Shown here in pieces: positions 1 to 9,992 of a stretch of DNA of 64,000 nt; position 1 is the stretch's first letter; every line of letters starts with the position of its first letter. The notes under the pieces were generated by a model. The model made no database searches. It was not told where the DNA came from and saw only the letters and a list, made by a program, of their open reading frames with translations. The DNA is taken from the IMG/VR virus record IMGVR_UViG_3300032334_002567, positions 1 to 64,000 of that record; one strand, written 5' to 3'. A program made the translations under genes and the position numbers.

Positions 1-118
1 GTTGGTGTTGGTGTTGGTGTTGGTGTTGGTGTTGGTGTTGGTGTTGGTGTTGGTGTTGGTGTTGGTGTTGGTGTTGGTGTTGGTGTTGGTGTTGGTGTTG
101 GTGTTGGTGTTGGTGTTG
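1..118. repeat. Perfect (GTTGGT)n hexamer tandem repeat, ~19-20 copies, encoding (Thr-Pro)n on the minus strand
   Basis: Directly visible; in frame with the LamG ORF. Confidence 0.97.
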
Positions 119-1859
119 AACAATTAAAATCAGGTGCATCCGAGGACCATGTGACGCTTCCATTGTTTGTGGCTGATTTATTCAAACCACTAGAATCGTC
201 AAGATATGTTCCTGTAGTGTATGCTAACAGCAGCAATTTGGTGCCGCTGATAGCAGCAAGTGGTTCTGTGGGCACTGCTATGGTGGTTTGCGTTCCGTCG
301 TACACAGAATTTCCTTTGACCCATCTAAAGTTGGTTATTTTTCCATTCCACCAATTGCTGCTGCCAAATCCTATTTTTAAAGGATCAGTATTGTTGGTCA
401 CATCGTTGGGAGTAGAATAATTTATTATTCTAGATCCGTTTTGATATACAGAGGATGTTCCGCTTTGTCTTACCACCGCAAAGTGAACCCATTGATTTAA
501 ATAGTTTGCTAAACTTACTCCGCCATACAATTGAGTCCCGTTATTTACCCAAAATATGAAAGTTCCATTTTCAATACTTACGGCTATTGAGTGATTTGGA
601 TAATCTCCAACTTGAAAAAGTCTGCTATACAATGGAGGTGAGGCAGCGGTTTGATATTGCCACCATTCGATACAGAAGTCTCCCGTTCCTAGTGCCCAGT
701 CGTTGTCGCCAGCAAAAGAAACATACTTCTCGTTGGCACCAAAGACTAAGCTGCCGGTGTGACAGGGTAGATTGCTAAAACAAATATGATAGCCATATGC
801 AGCATTGCCACCAGCATTATATCCGCCAATTGTAAAAGAACTATCATATAAGATAAAAGTATAATTTACTGATCCTGCTAGGTTGTCTCTTCCTATTATG
901 CTTCCATTAACTACAAGATCATCATCTGCGACTCCGTTTATAGTAACTTGTGCTGGCAATGAAATACCGTTTGGTATGTCACTTATTGTTACTTCTCCAA
1001 ATGTTCCGTCAGGAAAACTAGATAAGAGAGGAAATTCTATATATATGCAATTTGGATCTGGTGTGGTGGTAATTGTGGGCGTGGGTGTGGGCGTGGGTGT
1101 GGGTGTGGGCGTTGGTGTAGGCACTAATCCTTGAGGGGCTTTAACAAATGAAATCTGCTCTGGTAGGTTGTATAAAGTTTTTTTCCAAAACCTATGAACA
1201 GCGCCTTTTGTTAGTTTATAGTGTCCGTGGGATCTGCTAAATTTATTGGGTAAATTAGTTTGTCCTTTAATAATCTTGAGTTCGTCAATATATCCTTCAA
1301 AATAACCATTCGGATTATTACTTGTACCACCTGCTCTTCCAACAGTAATAACACTGTTTGCATCCGTCATTTCATAAGAATCTTCTATACTCAAAATATC
1401 ATCTACATATATTTTTATATTTGTATAACCGCCTATTGGGTTGTCTCCAACCACTACTACATGATGCCATTCATTGCTCAAAATAAGTGCTGGTCCTACC
1501 AATCCATCGCCACCATTATGACCATAGAAGCCAATATGGTCGTCAGTAATACAAACAGCCCAAGACAAATTAAATCCCCATTGATCTTTGGCTATTATAC
1601 ATCCTTGTGGAACTTCTGATGTTGGATAGAACCAAGCTTCAATAGTAAATGGCGTATTAGATAAATCAAAAATAGGCGAATTAGGAATAATTAGATTTGA
1701 AGATCCATCAAAATACCCACTCGTTGCCCCCGACACGCTTTGAGAGTTGCTGATTACGGGCGATCCTTCTAAGGCTATATTATTAGAATAAGTAGAACTA
1801 TCCACAAATGTGTTACTTCCATTAGAAGCATCAAAATTAAGTAACAACGATGTTGGCAT
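1..1859 (-). CDS. Virion/tail-fibre-like protein with two LamG (concanavalin A-like) domains joined by Pro-Thr linkers; runs off the left edge; absent from the ORF track
   Basis: Hand translation from ATG at 1859: MPTSLLLNFDASNG...FTIEAWFYP...WHHVVVV...YFEGYIDELKIIKG...(PT)n...DFCIEWWQY...WVHFAVVRQSG...WNGKITNFRWVKG...(TP)n; no stop before position 1. Confidence 0.85.
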   Translation of the reverse strand, partial: MPTSLLLNFDASNGSNTFVDSSTYSNNIALEGSPVISNSQSVSGATSGYFDGSSNLIIPNSPIFDLSNTPFTIEAWFYPTSEVPQGCIIAKDQWGFNLSWAVCITDDHIGFYGHNGGDGLVGPALILSNEWHHVVVVGDNPIGGYTNIKIYVDDILSIEDSYEMTDANSVITVGRAGGTSNNPNGYFEGYIDELKIIKGQTNLPNKFSRSHGHYKLTKGAVHRFWKKTLYNLPEQISFVKAPQGLVPTPTPTPTPTPTPTPTITTTPDPNCIYIEFPLLSSFPDGTFGEVTISDIPNGISLPAQVTINGVADDDLVVNGSIIGRDNLAGSVNYTFILYDSSFTIGGYNAGGNAAYGYHICFSNLPCHTGSLVFGANEKYVSFAGDNDWALGTGDFCIEWWQYQTAASPPLYSRLFQVGDYPNHSIAVSIENGTFIFWVNNGTQLYGGVSLANYLNQWVHFAVVRQSGTSSVYQNGSRIINYSTPNDVTNNTDPLKIGFGSSNWWNGKITNFRWVKGNSVYDGTQTTIAVPTEPLAAISGTKLLLLAYTTGTYLDDSSGLNKSATNNGSVTWSSDAPDFNCSTPTPTPTPTPTPTPTPTPTPTPTPTPTPTPTPTPTPTP

Positions 1860-1889
1860 ATATTTTATTTTGAAAGAAGTATGTTTTAA

Positions 1890-2714
1890 TTATGGTGTAA
1901 CAAGATCACCATCTGTCAACACATATGGGATTTCTGTAACTTGTGAAGGATTTGAATTGCTTGAGGTATATGTGTAATTTATTTTTCTAGCAAATGCACC
2001 AGCTTTTGCACCGGCTGGATATTCTATAATTTCTGTGATTCTGTCACTTCCATCAACGGTTAGCTTTTGAAAGGTAAAAAGACCTGAGGCTCTTCCCTCT
2101 ATTAACTCCCAATCCTCTTTCATATCCCCTACAGAAAAACCTGCGTTTTCTATGTAAATTTGATCTGTGGAGTTTTCTTCGTCAAGAAGGATCAGCTGCC
2201 CTACAGAATCGGAATAATTAAATCTGTTTTCAATGGTGTGTCTAGCAAAATAAGAAGGTAACTCTGAGACTCCTGCTTTTAGGTTGAACCCCATAACAGC
2301 TTCTGCTCCGGTATTGCTTATCCACAACCTAACATCTTTCTTTATTCTATTGACTTTTTGAGTAATTAAAACCGTATTACCGTTTACATTCTCCTTAACG
2401 CTTGCAAAGAACATATCTGTGAATGTGGGGTTCGAATTTAAGGCGGAGCTTACTTCTTCGGGAGTAGTTGCCGCTGCATTGTCTCCTGTGACATTGATTT
2501 CTAGTGCGGCATAATTCTTAAAAGATTCGTCCCAAGCATAATTTAATGTTAAGGTTGCAGAGCCGCTTAAGTCCCAAGGGCCATTGTTATAAGCTAATTG
2601 ATAATTTGAGCTATTTAAATTTGGTGGACAGGCAAAAGTCAAAGAATATTGTCTATCACCTAAAACCCAGTTGCCCCTAAATTCTGTATTAAAAACATTT
2701 TGAAAAAAAGCCAT
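1890..2714 (-). CDS. Hypothetical protein, probably virion structural
   Basis: 274-aa ORF, SD-like GAGG upstream, beta-rich composition, directly upstream of the LamG gene. Confidence 0.6.
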   Translation of the reverse strand: MAFFQNVFNTEFRGNWVLGDRQYSLTFACPPNLNSSNYQLAYNNGPWDLSGSATLTLNYAWDESFKNYAALEINVTGDNAAATTPEEVSSALNSNPTFTDMFFASVKENVNGNTVLITQKVNRIKKDVRLWISNTGAEAVMGFNLKAGVSELPSYFARHTIENRFNYSDSVGQLILLDEENSTDQIYIENAGFSVGDMKEDWELIEGRASGLFTFQKLTVDGSDRITEIIEYPAGAKAGAFARKINYTYTSSNSNPSQVTEIPYVLTDGDLVTP

Positions 2715-2742
2715 TTTATCTCTACCTCATTGTTATAATGAC

Positions 2743-2790
2743 AAAAAACCCGCCAACCACTCATATCTAGAGTGATTAGCGGGTTTTTTT
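2743..2790. terminator. Bidirectional-type intrinsic terminator
   Basis: AAAAAACCCGCcAAcCACTC-atatcta-GAGTGaTTaGCGGGTTTTTTT; imperfect stem with A/T tracts on both sides. Confidence 0.8.
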
Positions 2791-2816
2791 ATATTACTAT
2801 TAATTATTTTAGATAA

Positions 2817-3116
2817 CTAAACCCCAGCTTCGATCAAATCCATCAAGGGACGTCTTACCAAAGTGCTTTTTGATGAAACAATCCTTCTTTTCTGGCTTGA
2901 ACGTAAATTGCTTTGTTTCGCAATCTTACTACGGTTATAGGTCTTTACAGGGGCTTTTGAGGCCACTCTAACAATATTTCCGTCCCTGAGTTCGTAACCC
3001 TTAATATGGTCCTTTGTGGACTCAATAACCAATACGGTTCTGCGAACCGGATGAGTGTGATTCCCCTTATACCAAAAACGAGCTACTGGGACATTTTCAA
3101 CTAAATCATACTTCAT
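2817..3116 (-). CDS. Small basic protein, possibly WYL/Sm-like fold
   Basis: VARFWY...RRTVLV...IKGYELR...KTYNRSKI loosely matches the WYL pattern; ATGA overlap with the upstream gene. Confidence 0.4.
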   Translation of the reverse strand: MKYDLVENVPVARFWYKGNHTHPVRRTVLVIESTKDHIKGYELRDGNIVRVASKAPVKTYNRSKIAKQSNLRSSQKRRIVSSKSTLVRRPLMDLIEAGV

Positions 3117-3655
3117 TTGTCAATCTCCTTTCTAATTTCTGTGAGTAACTGTGAAGCATATCGTGCATCTCCAAGTAATTTATTAGAAAATCGTGTGTCA
3201 GTCAAGGGGACTACATATAATAAATTTTCTTTCACAACATCAGGAGTGTCATGAGGCTCATATTGATCTTCTGGCAATTCGACTTCTGCTATTGCCATAT
3301 AAATATGCTCTTTATAATCTCTAAAGAAATCAATTTCCCAAGTATTTTCAAATGAATTAATTATATAACGGGTTTTTTCTAAACGGTTAAGAGCTATATT
3401 CCAAAGATCATCAAAATCTCGCTTATCTAACTTCTTTTCTACTTCTATAGCTCTACCACCTGTTGTAGCTTTTAAAGTAAAATAGTACTCAGTCTTTTGA
3501 TTGCTTAGTTTTACAGACTTACGAACACGTACCGTTATACCTCTTGTGGCTATAAGATAACCTTGGGATATGTCATACTGTGAGGATGAATTCTTTTTAA
3601 CTTCCGACTCACAGAGAGAATCTATGACATATTTTCTTTCATTTTCTGTAGGAAT
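3113..3655 (-). CDS. CYTH / triphosphate tunnel metalloenzyme (CyaB-like), 180 aa, ATT start; the ORF track shows only the last 61 aa
   Basis: (M)PTENERKY (ExExK), ISQGYL, VRVR, FTLK, EVE, EKTRY, WEIDFF, IAEVEL, DTRFSNKLL; AGGAGA 7 nt upstream of ATT. Confidence 0.88.
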   Translation of the reverse strand: MPTENERKYVIDSLCESEVKKNSSSQYDISQGYLIATRGITVRVRKSVKLSNQKTEYYFTLKATTGGRAIEVEKKLDKRDFDDLWNIALNRLEKTRYIINSFENTWEIDFFRDYKEHIYMAIAEVELPEDQYEPHDTPDVVKENLLYVVPLTDTRFSNKLLGDARYASQLLTEIRKEIDK

Positions 3656-3666
3656 GGATAAATCTC

Positions 3667-4092
3667 CTATTTTTTTAGTATCTGTCTATAGCTGTCTACA
3701 TCTTCTCTACTCTTCTGAACCTGTCCTTCTAAGAATATCTCTAGCCACTGTCCGTCTACGCCACCAAGCTCAACAGCATCTTTCATTCTTTGAACATAAT
3801 TTTCTACAACTTCTTCTTCCATCTTTAAAGCGTAGGCAAATATTTGCTCAGGATCTGTAAATTTTTCAAAGCTATTTCTTTCATCCGTAGCCGTACCGCC
3901 CAAACCAAGTATTACATCTGAGAATTCTGTGACATGGATCATTTCACCAGCAGCTTCTTTTAGAAAAAATTCTTTATATTCCTCACGGTTTAAGCCAGTC
4001 ACGGCACTTGCGTGATAAAGGTAGAAACAAAGATGTTTCCATTCATTTTTCAAGTCGTTCTTTAATAAATCTATCATTTTATCTTTATTCAT
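3667..4092 (-). CDS. Ferritin-like (bacterioferritin/Dps-type) four-helix protein
   Basis: DLKNEW...Y, EAAGEMIH (ExxH), ILGLGG, MEEEVVENY; final ExxH altered to SRED. Confidence 0.8.
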   Translation of the reverse strand: MNKDKMIDLLKNDLKNEWKHLCFYLYHASAVTGLNREEYKEFFLKEAAGEMIHVTEFSDVILGLGGTATDERNSFEKFTDPEQIFAYALKMEEEVVENYVQRMKDAVELGGVDGQWLEIFLEGQVQKSREDVDSYRQILKK

Positions 4093-4212
4093 AATTTACC
4101 TTTTATATTTTGTAAACAAGGCTAAAAACCATATATATTATGCGTATTTCGCCAAGTTGGACTATCTTATTTTAGTCAAAAGAAATTTTACTTCAAGTCA
4201 AAAAAGGTTCAA

Positions 4213-6039
4213 ATGTCAGAAAAATTTTGGATATCCACCCACGGTTCATTAAAGAAATTTTATGAAAGTGGTGGTATTGCAGATAGAAAAACTGGAAAAC
4301 TGCAGTATGATCCAAAATACTACACTTTTGATAAATATGAACTTGAAATTGATCCCACAGAAACACTAGAAGTTGTTGACCTTTATGATACTGCCAGACA
4401 ACAAAAAGAAATAATTAAATGTTGCAATTCTTTTCCTTATTTTTGTCACAAATATATAAGAATTCTTCATCCAATGAAAGGATTAATTCCTTTCGTATTA
4501 TTTAATTATCAAAGAAAAGTAATAAAAGATTATGAAAACAATAGATTCAATATTATTAGTAAATTTAGACAAGGAGGTTTGACGACAGTAACCTTACTTT
4601 GGGGTCTATGGAAGTGTATGTTTCAAATGGATCAACAAGTAATGTTAATCTCTAAAACAGATAGAGAGGCGACAGATACTGGGCTAATTATTGACAGAGC
4701 TTGTGAAAATTTACCTGCTTGGCTTAAGCCTAAAAAAGATGCAAAATGGAATGACCATTTAAAAATGTTTACAGATACAGGCTCTGCTATAAAGTTTTAT
4801 TCTCCAGAAGCTTCTCGTGGAAAAGCAGTAACTTTTTTAATAATAGACGAAGCTGCATTTATTGAAGATATGGACAAACACTGGAAAGCTATGTGGCCGG
4901 TTTTATCCACGGGTGGTTCTTGTACGCTGATATCAACGGTGAATGGTCTAGGAAATTGGTACGAACAAACGTATAGAGATGCCAAAGATAACAAAAATAA
5001 ATTCCACGTAATAGACCTAGATTTCTGGGAGCATCCTGATTACAACGATGACGACTGGATAGCCGAACAGAAAGCTCAGCTTGGAGAAAAAGGCTTTCTC
5101 CAAGAAGTAATGAGAGAGTTTCTAGGATCAGGAGAAACATATTTTCCAACTAAAACAATCACTCAATTAACCGAGCAAACTAGAAACAATTATCCTAATA
5201 GAAAGCTGTTTGCAAAATGGTGTAATAAAAATGGAAGAATGTCACAGCTAGAAGATGAATATTCTAAAGGTGCATTGTGGCTATGGAAAGAGCCGATAGA
5301 AGGCAGAGAATACATAATAGGAGCAGACTGTGCAGAGGGACAAGGCGAGAACAATGATAGTTCTTGTTTTCAAGTTATTGACACGAACAGTTTAGAACAA
5401 GTTGCTGAGTTTTATTCAAATACTATTTTACCTCATGAATTCGCACAAGTAATGAATGAGGTTGGAACATTTTACAACAATGCAATGTTGGCAATAGAAA
5501 ACATGGGTGCAGGAATGGCTGTTATTAGCAATCTTCAGCACACCCTTTATTATGATAATTTGTACTATGACACAACAAAAATTACAGCGAGCACAAAGCC
5601 CGGAATAAAGATGGGCCAAAATAATAGGTCATTATATCTCGAATGCCTTCAAAACAATATTATAAATCAATCTGTTCTAATTAATAGTATAAGATTTGTT
5701 ACAGAACTACAGACTTTCGAATATAATCCTACTACTAAAAAAGCACAGGCTCAAAAAGGAAAACATGATGATGCAATTATGGCAATGTCGATTGCTTTAT
5801 ACGTAAGAGAATCGTTAACTAGAGATTTGCCTATAGGAGCAGAGTCAAAAGATTCCGCAGCCTTAAAATCACAAGTTTACGATGAAATTAAAAAAGAACT
5901 AGAAGAAGGCATAGAAGATTTTATAAGTAATGAAGAAATAGATTTATTGGCTCCTAATATGGACACATTACACAACATAGATTTCTTCCCAAATGCCCAA
6001 AGAAAGAATGATAGCATAATAAAAGAATTTGGATGGTAA
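4213..6039 (+). CDS. Terminase large subunit, T4 gp17-like
   Basis: PFVLFNYQ, KFRQGGLTT, LIIDEAAF (Walker B), LISTVNG, QE..EFLG, YIIGADCAEG, AIEN, HDDAIMA (RNase H-like nuclease). Confidence 0.95.
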   Translation: MSEKFWISTHGSLKKFYESGGIADRKTGKLQYDPKYYTFDKYELEIDPTETLEVVDLYDTARQQKEIIKCCNSFPYFCHKYIRILHPMKGLIPFVLFNYQRKVIKDYENNRFNIISKFRQGGLTTVTLLWGLWKCMFQMDQQVMLISKTDREATDTGLIIDRACENLPAWLKPKKDAKWNDHLKMFTDTGSAIKFYSPEASRGKAVTFLIIDEAAFIEDMDKHWKAMWPVLSTGGSCTLISTVNGLGNWYEQTYRDAKDNKNKFHVIDLDFWEHPDYNDDDWIAEQKAQLGEKGFLQEVMREFLGSGETYFPTKTITQLTEQTRNNYPNRKLFAKWCNKNGRMSQLEDEYSKGALWLWKEPIEGREYIIGADCAEGQGENNDSSCFQVIDTNSLEQVAEFYSNTILPHEFAQVMNEVGTFYNNAMLAIENMGAGMAVISNLQHTLYYDNLYYDTTKITASTKPGIKMGQNNRSLYLECLQNNIINQSVLINSIRFVTELQTFEYNPTTKKAQAQKGKHDDAIMAMSIALYVRESLTRDLPIGAESKDSAALKSQVYDEIKKELEEGIEDFISNEEIDLLAPNMDTLHNIDFFPNAQRKNDSIIKEFGW

Positions 6040-6040
6040 A

Positions 6041-6967
6041 ATGTCAATTAAAGAATACTTAAAAAATCGTAAAAATGAGTCTAAAGTATCGCTAGAAAAT
6101 TACAAACAAAGTTTGTATGAAAACTTGGCAATTTTTCTAGGCACAAAAGAAGAATCTTTAGATATAAAAGAAAACCTAATAAATGAAATAGAAATCAAGG
6201 AAGAGACCGATAAACTCGGCTATCCCAACAGTAATTCATTAGTTTTATCTTTAAAAACACAAGATATAAAAGAAGTTATATTAGAAAGAAACAAACTCTT
6301 ACAGTGGGCTCAAAAAAATGAAAAAGAAATCGAAAAAATAAAAAAGACGATGGCAGTTTATGAGTCGTACATGTTGTCTAAAGAGGTTACCCGCTATGTA
6401 ATAGAAAAACTAGTTGAGTCTTGCTTAGCCAAAACAGAAATGAAGATAAATGAATTATCTTTAAAAATAGATAATATAAAAAATAAAATAAAATGGCCAT
6501 TTAAAAATATTCTCATAGAAGCCATTTATCCTGCACAAGGGCTTTTAGCTGTAGAAGCGGATGTAAGTCTGGGAGAAGAGAATGTTCAAAAAGTATTCTC
6601 TATAAATTTAGAGACAAAAGAAATTGAGCTAAATGATGAAATGCCACAAAGAATAAAAAACAAATGTTCTGAACTTGTTAGCAACTTGAATGAAAGAAAA
6701 AAAGAAAAAGTTAAATTTATAAATCTCTACATGCCAATTTTAGCCGAGAATGAAAATAAAATATTAGAATCAAAAAAAGAGATTATACTCGGAATGAAAC
6801 AATACTTACCACATGGTACTAAACTAATGAAAGAGCCTATAGATCAAGAGGGGGCAACCATTTGGAAAGTTCGAATCAATGAAAACCAATTAAAAAAAGA
6901 TGGTGAAGAATACTTAGTAATAGCCGAAAGGGCAGAGTTATTCTGGGTGGGTAAGCATGAAAAATAA
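6041..6967 (+). CDS. Hypothetical protein with capsid-targeting-like N-terminus
   Basis: MSIKEYLKNRKNES; begins immediately after the terminase stop. Confidence 0.6.
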   Translation: MSIKEYLKNRKNESKVSLENYKQSLYENLAIFLGTKEESLDIKENLINEIEIKEETDKLGYPNSNSLVLSLKTQDIKEVILERNKLLQWAQKNEKEIEKIKKTMAVYESYMLSKEVTRYVIEKLVESCLAKTEMKINELSLKIDNIKNKIKWPFKNILIEAIYPAQGLLAVEADVSLGEENVQKVFSINLETKEIELNDEMPQRIKNKCSELVSNLNERKKEKVKFINLYMPILAENENKILESKKEIILGMKQYLPHGTKLMKEPIDQEGATIWKVRINENQLKKDGEEYLVIAERAELFWVGKHEK

Positions 6968-7259
6968 CACAAATAAAGCAAAAAATCTGTTAGAACAGGC
7001 ACTTTTTAATCTTCCTCAGGATTTTTCACTAGAAACAGCCAGAAGATCTATAAAAATTGCACTATCAGAAATAATACAAATAGAAAATAAACGTGAAAAA
7101 AGAAACACACTAAAAGAAAACAGAAAAGAAATTAAAAACAAATTAATGCCTTCATCTATTAAAATAATAGATGAATTAATTAAACAAGAAAACAAAAAAA
7201 TAGAAAATAATAAAAATAGAAAAGAAAGCGAAGATATAGAGATCAACATATCCGAATGA
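6957..7259 (+). CDS. Hypothetical coiled-coil protein
   Basis: 100-aa ORF overlapping both neighbours. Confidence 0.55.
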   Translation: MKNNTNKAKNLLEQALFNLPQDFSLETARRSIKIALSEIIQIENKREKRNTLKENRKEIKNKLMPSSIKIIDELIKQENKKIENNKNRKESEDIEINISE

Positions 7260-7270
7260 AAGAAGGAAAA

Positions 7271-7801
7271 ATGAAAAAAGATTGGCATGGAATAATCAAA
7301 ATACTAGAGATTCAGCATTTAAGAAACTCAAAAGTTATATGGGAAGAAAAAAATATAAATAATATTCTTCATAGCGAGGGAGAGAACTTTTTTTTAAAAT
7401 GCTGCTTTGTCAATGATGGTTCATATCCTCCGGGTAATTATTACTTTGGACTAGACAATAGGTCGTCTGTTACAGCAGGAGACCTAATAGAAGATCTTAC
7501 GGAAGAACCATCTCTAAGCGGATATAGCAGAGTTGCAGTTGATTCAACTAGTGGATTTACCATAGAAAAAGTTAATCAAGTTTATAGAGCTGCGGGTAGC
7601 ATAATAACTTTTTCTGCTATAGGCGGTTCTTGGGGACCGGTTAGAAATCTATTTTTAACCACAAGCATTAGTTCTACATCTGATAATTTGGCATCTAGTA
7701 TTTTACTTGCGTCTGCCCAGCTGTCCAGCAGCCTTACACTAACGGATGGTGACTCCGTAAACATGAGAATGGCTTTATCTTTACAAGATACAAACGGTTA
7801 G
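7271..7801 (+). CDS. Putative tail/baseplate structural protein
   Basis: YYFGL...EEPSLSGYSRVAV...ITF...WGPVRNLFL pattern typical of phage tail-associated beta proteins. Confidence 0.55.
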   Translation: MKKDWHGIIKILEIQHLRNSKVIWEEKNINNILHSEGENFFLKCCFVNDGSYPPGNYYFGLDNRSSVTAGDLIEDLTEEPSLSGYSRVAVDSTSGFTIEKVNQVYRAAGSIITFSAIGGSWGPVRNLFLTTSISSTSDNLASSILLASAQLSSSLTLTDGDSVNMRMALSLQDTNG

Positions 7802-8211
7802 TCTAAAGTATCAAGTAAAATTTCTATAGGTTTTATTTCTATAAAATGAACGACGCTTATATCTTTATTATTTCTATCAATTTTACTGTACTGACGGTAG
7901 GTTAATTCCTCACATCCTCCGTCCTCAACATCCAAAAGCTTTTTTGCAGTAGTAGAATTGTCTTTACCATAAAAAGTTTGTGGCAAATTTAATAAATAAC
8001 CTTCATCAGTTTGTATTATTGATTTAAAACTTAAGTTATTTGTAATTATATACTTACAAAAAACTTCTTGTGCCGGTTCACTAGTATCGCCTTTTCTGAA
8101 CCAAACTGGAACACTAATTCCTGTTGTTTCTAATCTTTCACCTCTAAAAAGAGCATATCTTTCTTCTCGGGTTAAATATATGTAATGAGATATGGTAAGA
8201 GTAGCAGCCAT
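7798..8211 (-). CDS. Hypothetical protein
   Basis: 137-aa ORF, convergent with the previous gene. Confidence 0.55.
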   Translation of the reverse strand: MAATLTISHYIYLTREERYALFRGERLETTGISVPVWFRKGDTSEPAQEVFCKYIITNNLSFKSIIQTDEGYLLNLPQTFYGKDNSTTAKKLLDVEDGGCEELTYRQYSKIDRNNKDISVVHFIEIKPIEILLDTLD

Positions 8212-8275
8212 AATTGTTATCCAATATAATATATATTAGTAGGAAAAGATCTATTAATCAAGGCTAAGGAGGGCT

Positions 8276-9145
8276 ATGTATAAATTTTTAATTCTAATCT
8301 GCTTATTCTTTGCGGCATCTACAAATGTGAATGGGGTAGATTTTGATGCCCTAGATAAAATGCCAATTCTAGAGGCGTTGCCTACCGAATTAAGAGGGGC
8401 AGCTCCCGTAGAACAGAGAGGAACGGAGTACAGAAAGTTTTTAGCCCCCTCTGTAAAGATAAATGTGGGAAATGGAAGTGGATCAGGAACTATAATATTT
8501 TACGATAAAAAAGAAAATCTTGCATATGTGGCTTCTTGCGGACATTTATGGAATCCAGGTGTCCTAAACGCAGGAGAAGCTCTAAAGAAAAAATTAAAAT
8601 GCAAAGTAATATCATTCTATCAAAATGATAGCAAATTAGAGGAAGTTAAATCCTATGATGCAGATGTAATATTTTACAGTTATATTGATGGACAAGACAC
8701 ATCTTTAGTTGTATTCAAACCAGATTGGGTGCCTACGTATTTTCCTATAGCACCAAAAAACTATACTTATAACATAGGATCTTATTTACATTCATGTGGT
8801 TGTGACCATGGCAGTGAAGTCGCACATTATTCAGTAAAAACTTTAGAACTAAATCAAGACGTAGTTACAACGGAAAATAGTCCTAGACCGGGGAGATCGG
8901 GCGGTGGACTATTAGACGATGAAGGATATTATGTTGGAACTTGCTGGGGAACACAGTATGTGGACGGTAGTGGGAAAGGATTTTTTACACCCTTATCATC
9001 TATTCATAACTTTTGGTCAAAACAAAAAGGGTACGAATTTTTATTAAATCAAAAACCAAACAACATTTTGGCCAAGAATATTCCCATAAAGGACCGAACA
9101 GAAAAACAAAAAACATACACGCCAGACTATATTTTGGTGCCTTAA
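8276..9145 (+). CDS. Secreted trypsin-like (S1) serine protease
   Basis: Signal peptide; GSGSGTI, SCGH (His), QDTSL (Asp), PGRSGGGL (Ser); AGGAGG SD. Confidence 0.85.
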   Translation: MYKFLILICLFFAASTNVNGVDFDALDKMPILEALPTELRGAAPVEQRGTEYRKFLAPSVKINVGNGSGSGTIIFYDKKENLAYVASCGHLWNPGVLNAGEALKKKLKCKVISFYQNDSKLEEVKSYDADVIFYSYIDGQDTSLVVFKPDWVPTYFPIAPKNYTYNIGSYLHSCGCDHGSEVAHYSVKTLELNQDVVTTENSPRPGRSGGGLLDDEGYYVGTCWGTQYVDGSGKGFFTPLSSIHNFWSKQKGYEFLLNQKPNNILAKNIPIKDRTEKQKTYTPDYILVP

Positions 9146-9981
9146 AAGTTTTTTATAATTAACTCTTTGCCTTTTTGTTTGGTAGTGTTCTTACCATTAG
9201 CACTGGAAGTACCGCAATATGTCCATTTCTCTTCAATAATATTAAAACTTTTGTACATTTTACGAATAAAATTATTATTGTCGTAAGAAAGAACAATTTT
9301 ATGCTTAGATTGTTTTATATCTTCGCATAGTTTTTCATGATCCTTTTTTTCAAAGTTTTTTTCATAAAGCCTTGAAGAATTAGGTTGCTGTGTATTACAG
9401 AAATATGGGGGGTCTATATAAACTAAAACGTCTTTACCCTTTTCAAACAAAGGAACCTCATAGCTTTCACAGGTAACTTTTGTATCTTTTATTATTAAAG
9501 CTGCTCTTTCTAATTTATCAGTTTTTACTATATTCCATCCGCTAGGATTAGAGAAGTACATTCTTGATTTCATGCTATAGCGTACTCTACCACCCCATAC
9601 AGTTCGATGTATGAAAAGGTATCGAACTGCTTGATCCATCTCTGCGTCTTGAGAAAACTTATCAAAAGTATCTTTTAACTTAGAACTATAAATTGCCTTG
9701 CCTTTTCTTGCAGGTGCCAATATATCTTTGTTAGAAGCAGGCAATATTTTCTTGCACTTCTGAATGAACTGTTTTGGTCTATCTTTCAATGCTAAGTAGA
9801 CTGACATTAAATGCGGATCAGAGTCGTTTATCCATCTCTTGACATCTATGGGAATGTGGAAAAATATACCGCCTCCACCAACCATAATATCACGAAATTC
9901 GGCATAATTTTGCGGAAAATTAGCAACTATCTTTTCTCTAACAGACTTTCTACTTTTCCCGCCAGGATATCTAAAAATCAA
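9142..9981 (-). CDS. Dam-family (D12) DNA adenine methyltransferase
   Basis: FRYPGGKS, DIMVGGGG, WINDSD, YIDPPY, LSYD, ELII. Confidence 0.9.
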   Translation of the reverse strand: MIFRYPGGKSRKSVREKIVANFPQNYAEFRDIMVGGGGIFFHIPIDVKRWINDSDPHLMSVYLALKDRPKQFIQKCKKILPASNKDILAPARKGKAIYSSKLKDTFDKFSQDAEMDQAVRYLFIHRTVWGGRVRYSMKSRMYFSNPSGWNIVKTDKLERAALIIKDTKVTCESYEVPLFEKGKDVLVYIDPPYFCNTQQPNSSRLYEKNFEKKDHEKLCEDIKQSKHKIVLSYDNNNFIRKMYKSFNIIEEKWTYCGTSSANGKNTTKQKGKELIIKNF

Positions 9982-9992
9982 AAAGCACCTCT

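Noticed and set aside
151-1619. Four plus-strand ORFs in the track
   Set aside because: Shadows of the long minus-strand LamG gene
4213-6039. Terminase Walker A lacking GKT (KFRQGGLTT) as a sign of inactivation
   Set aside because: Deviant Walker A motifs with an upstream Lys (KxRQxG) are common in terminases; the other motifs are intact
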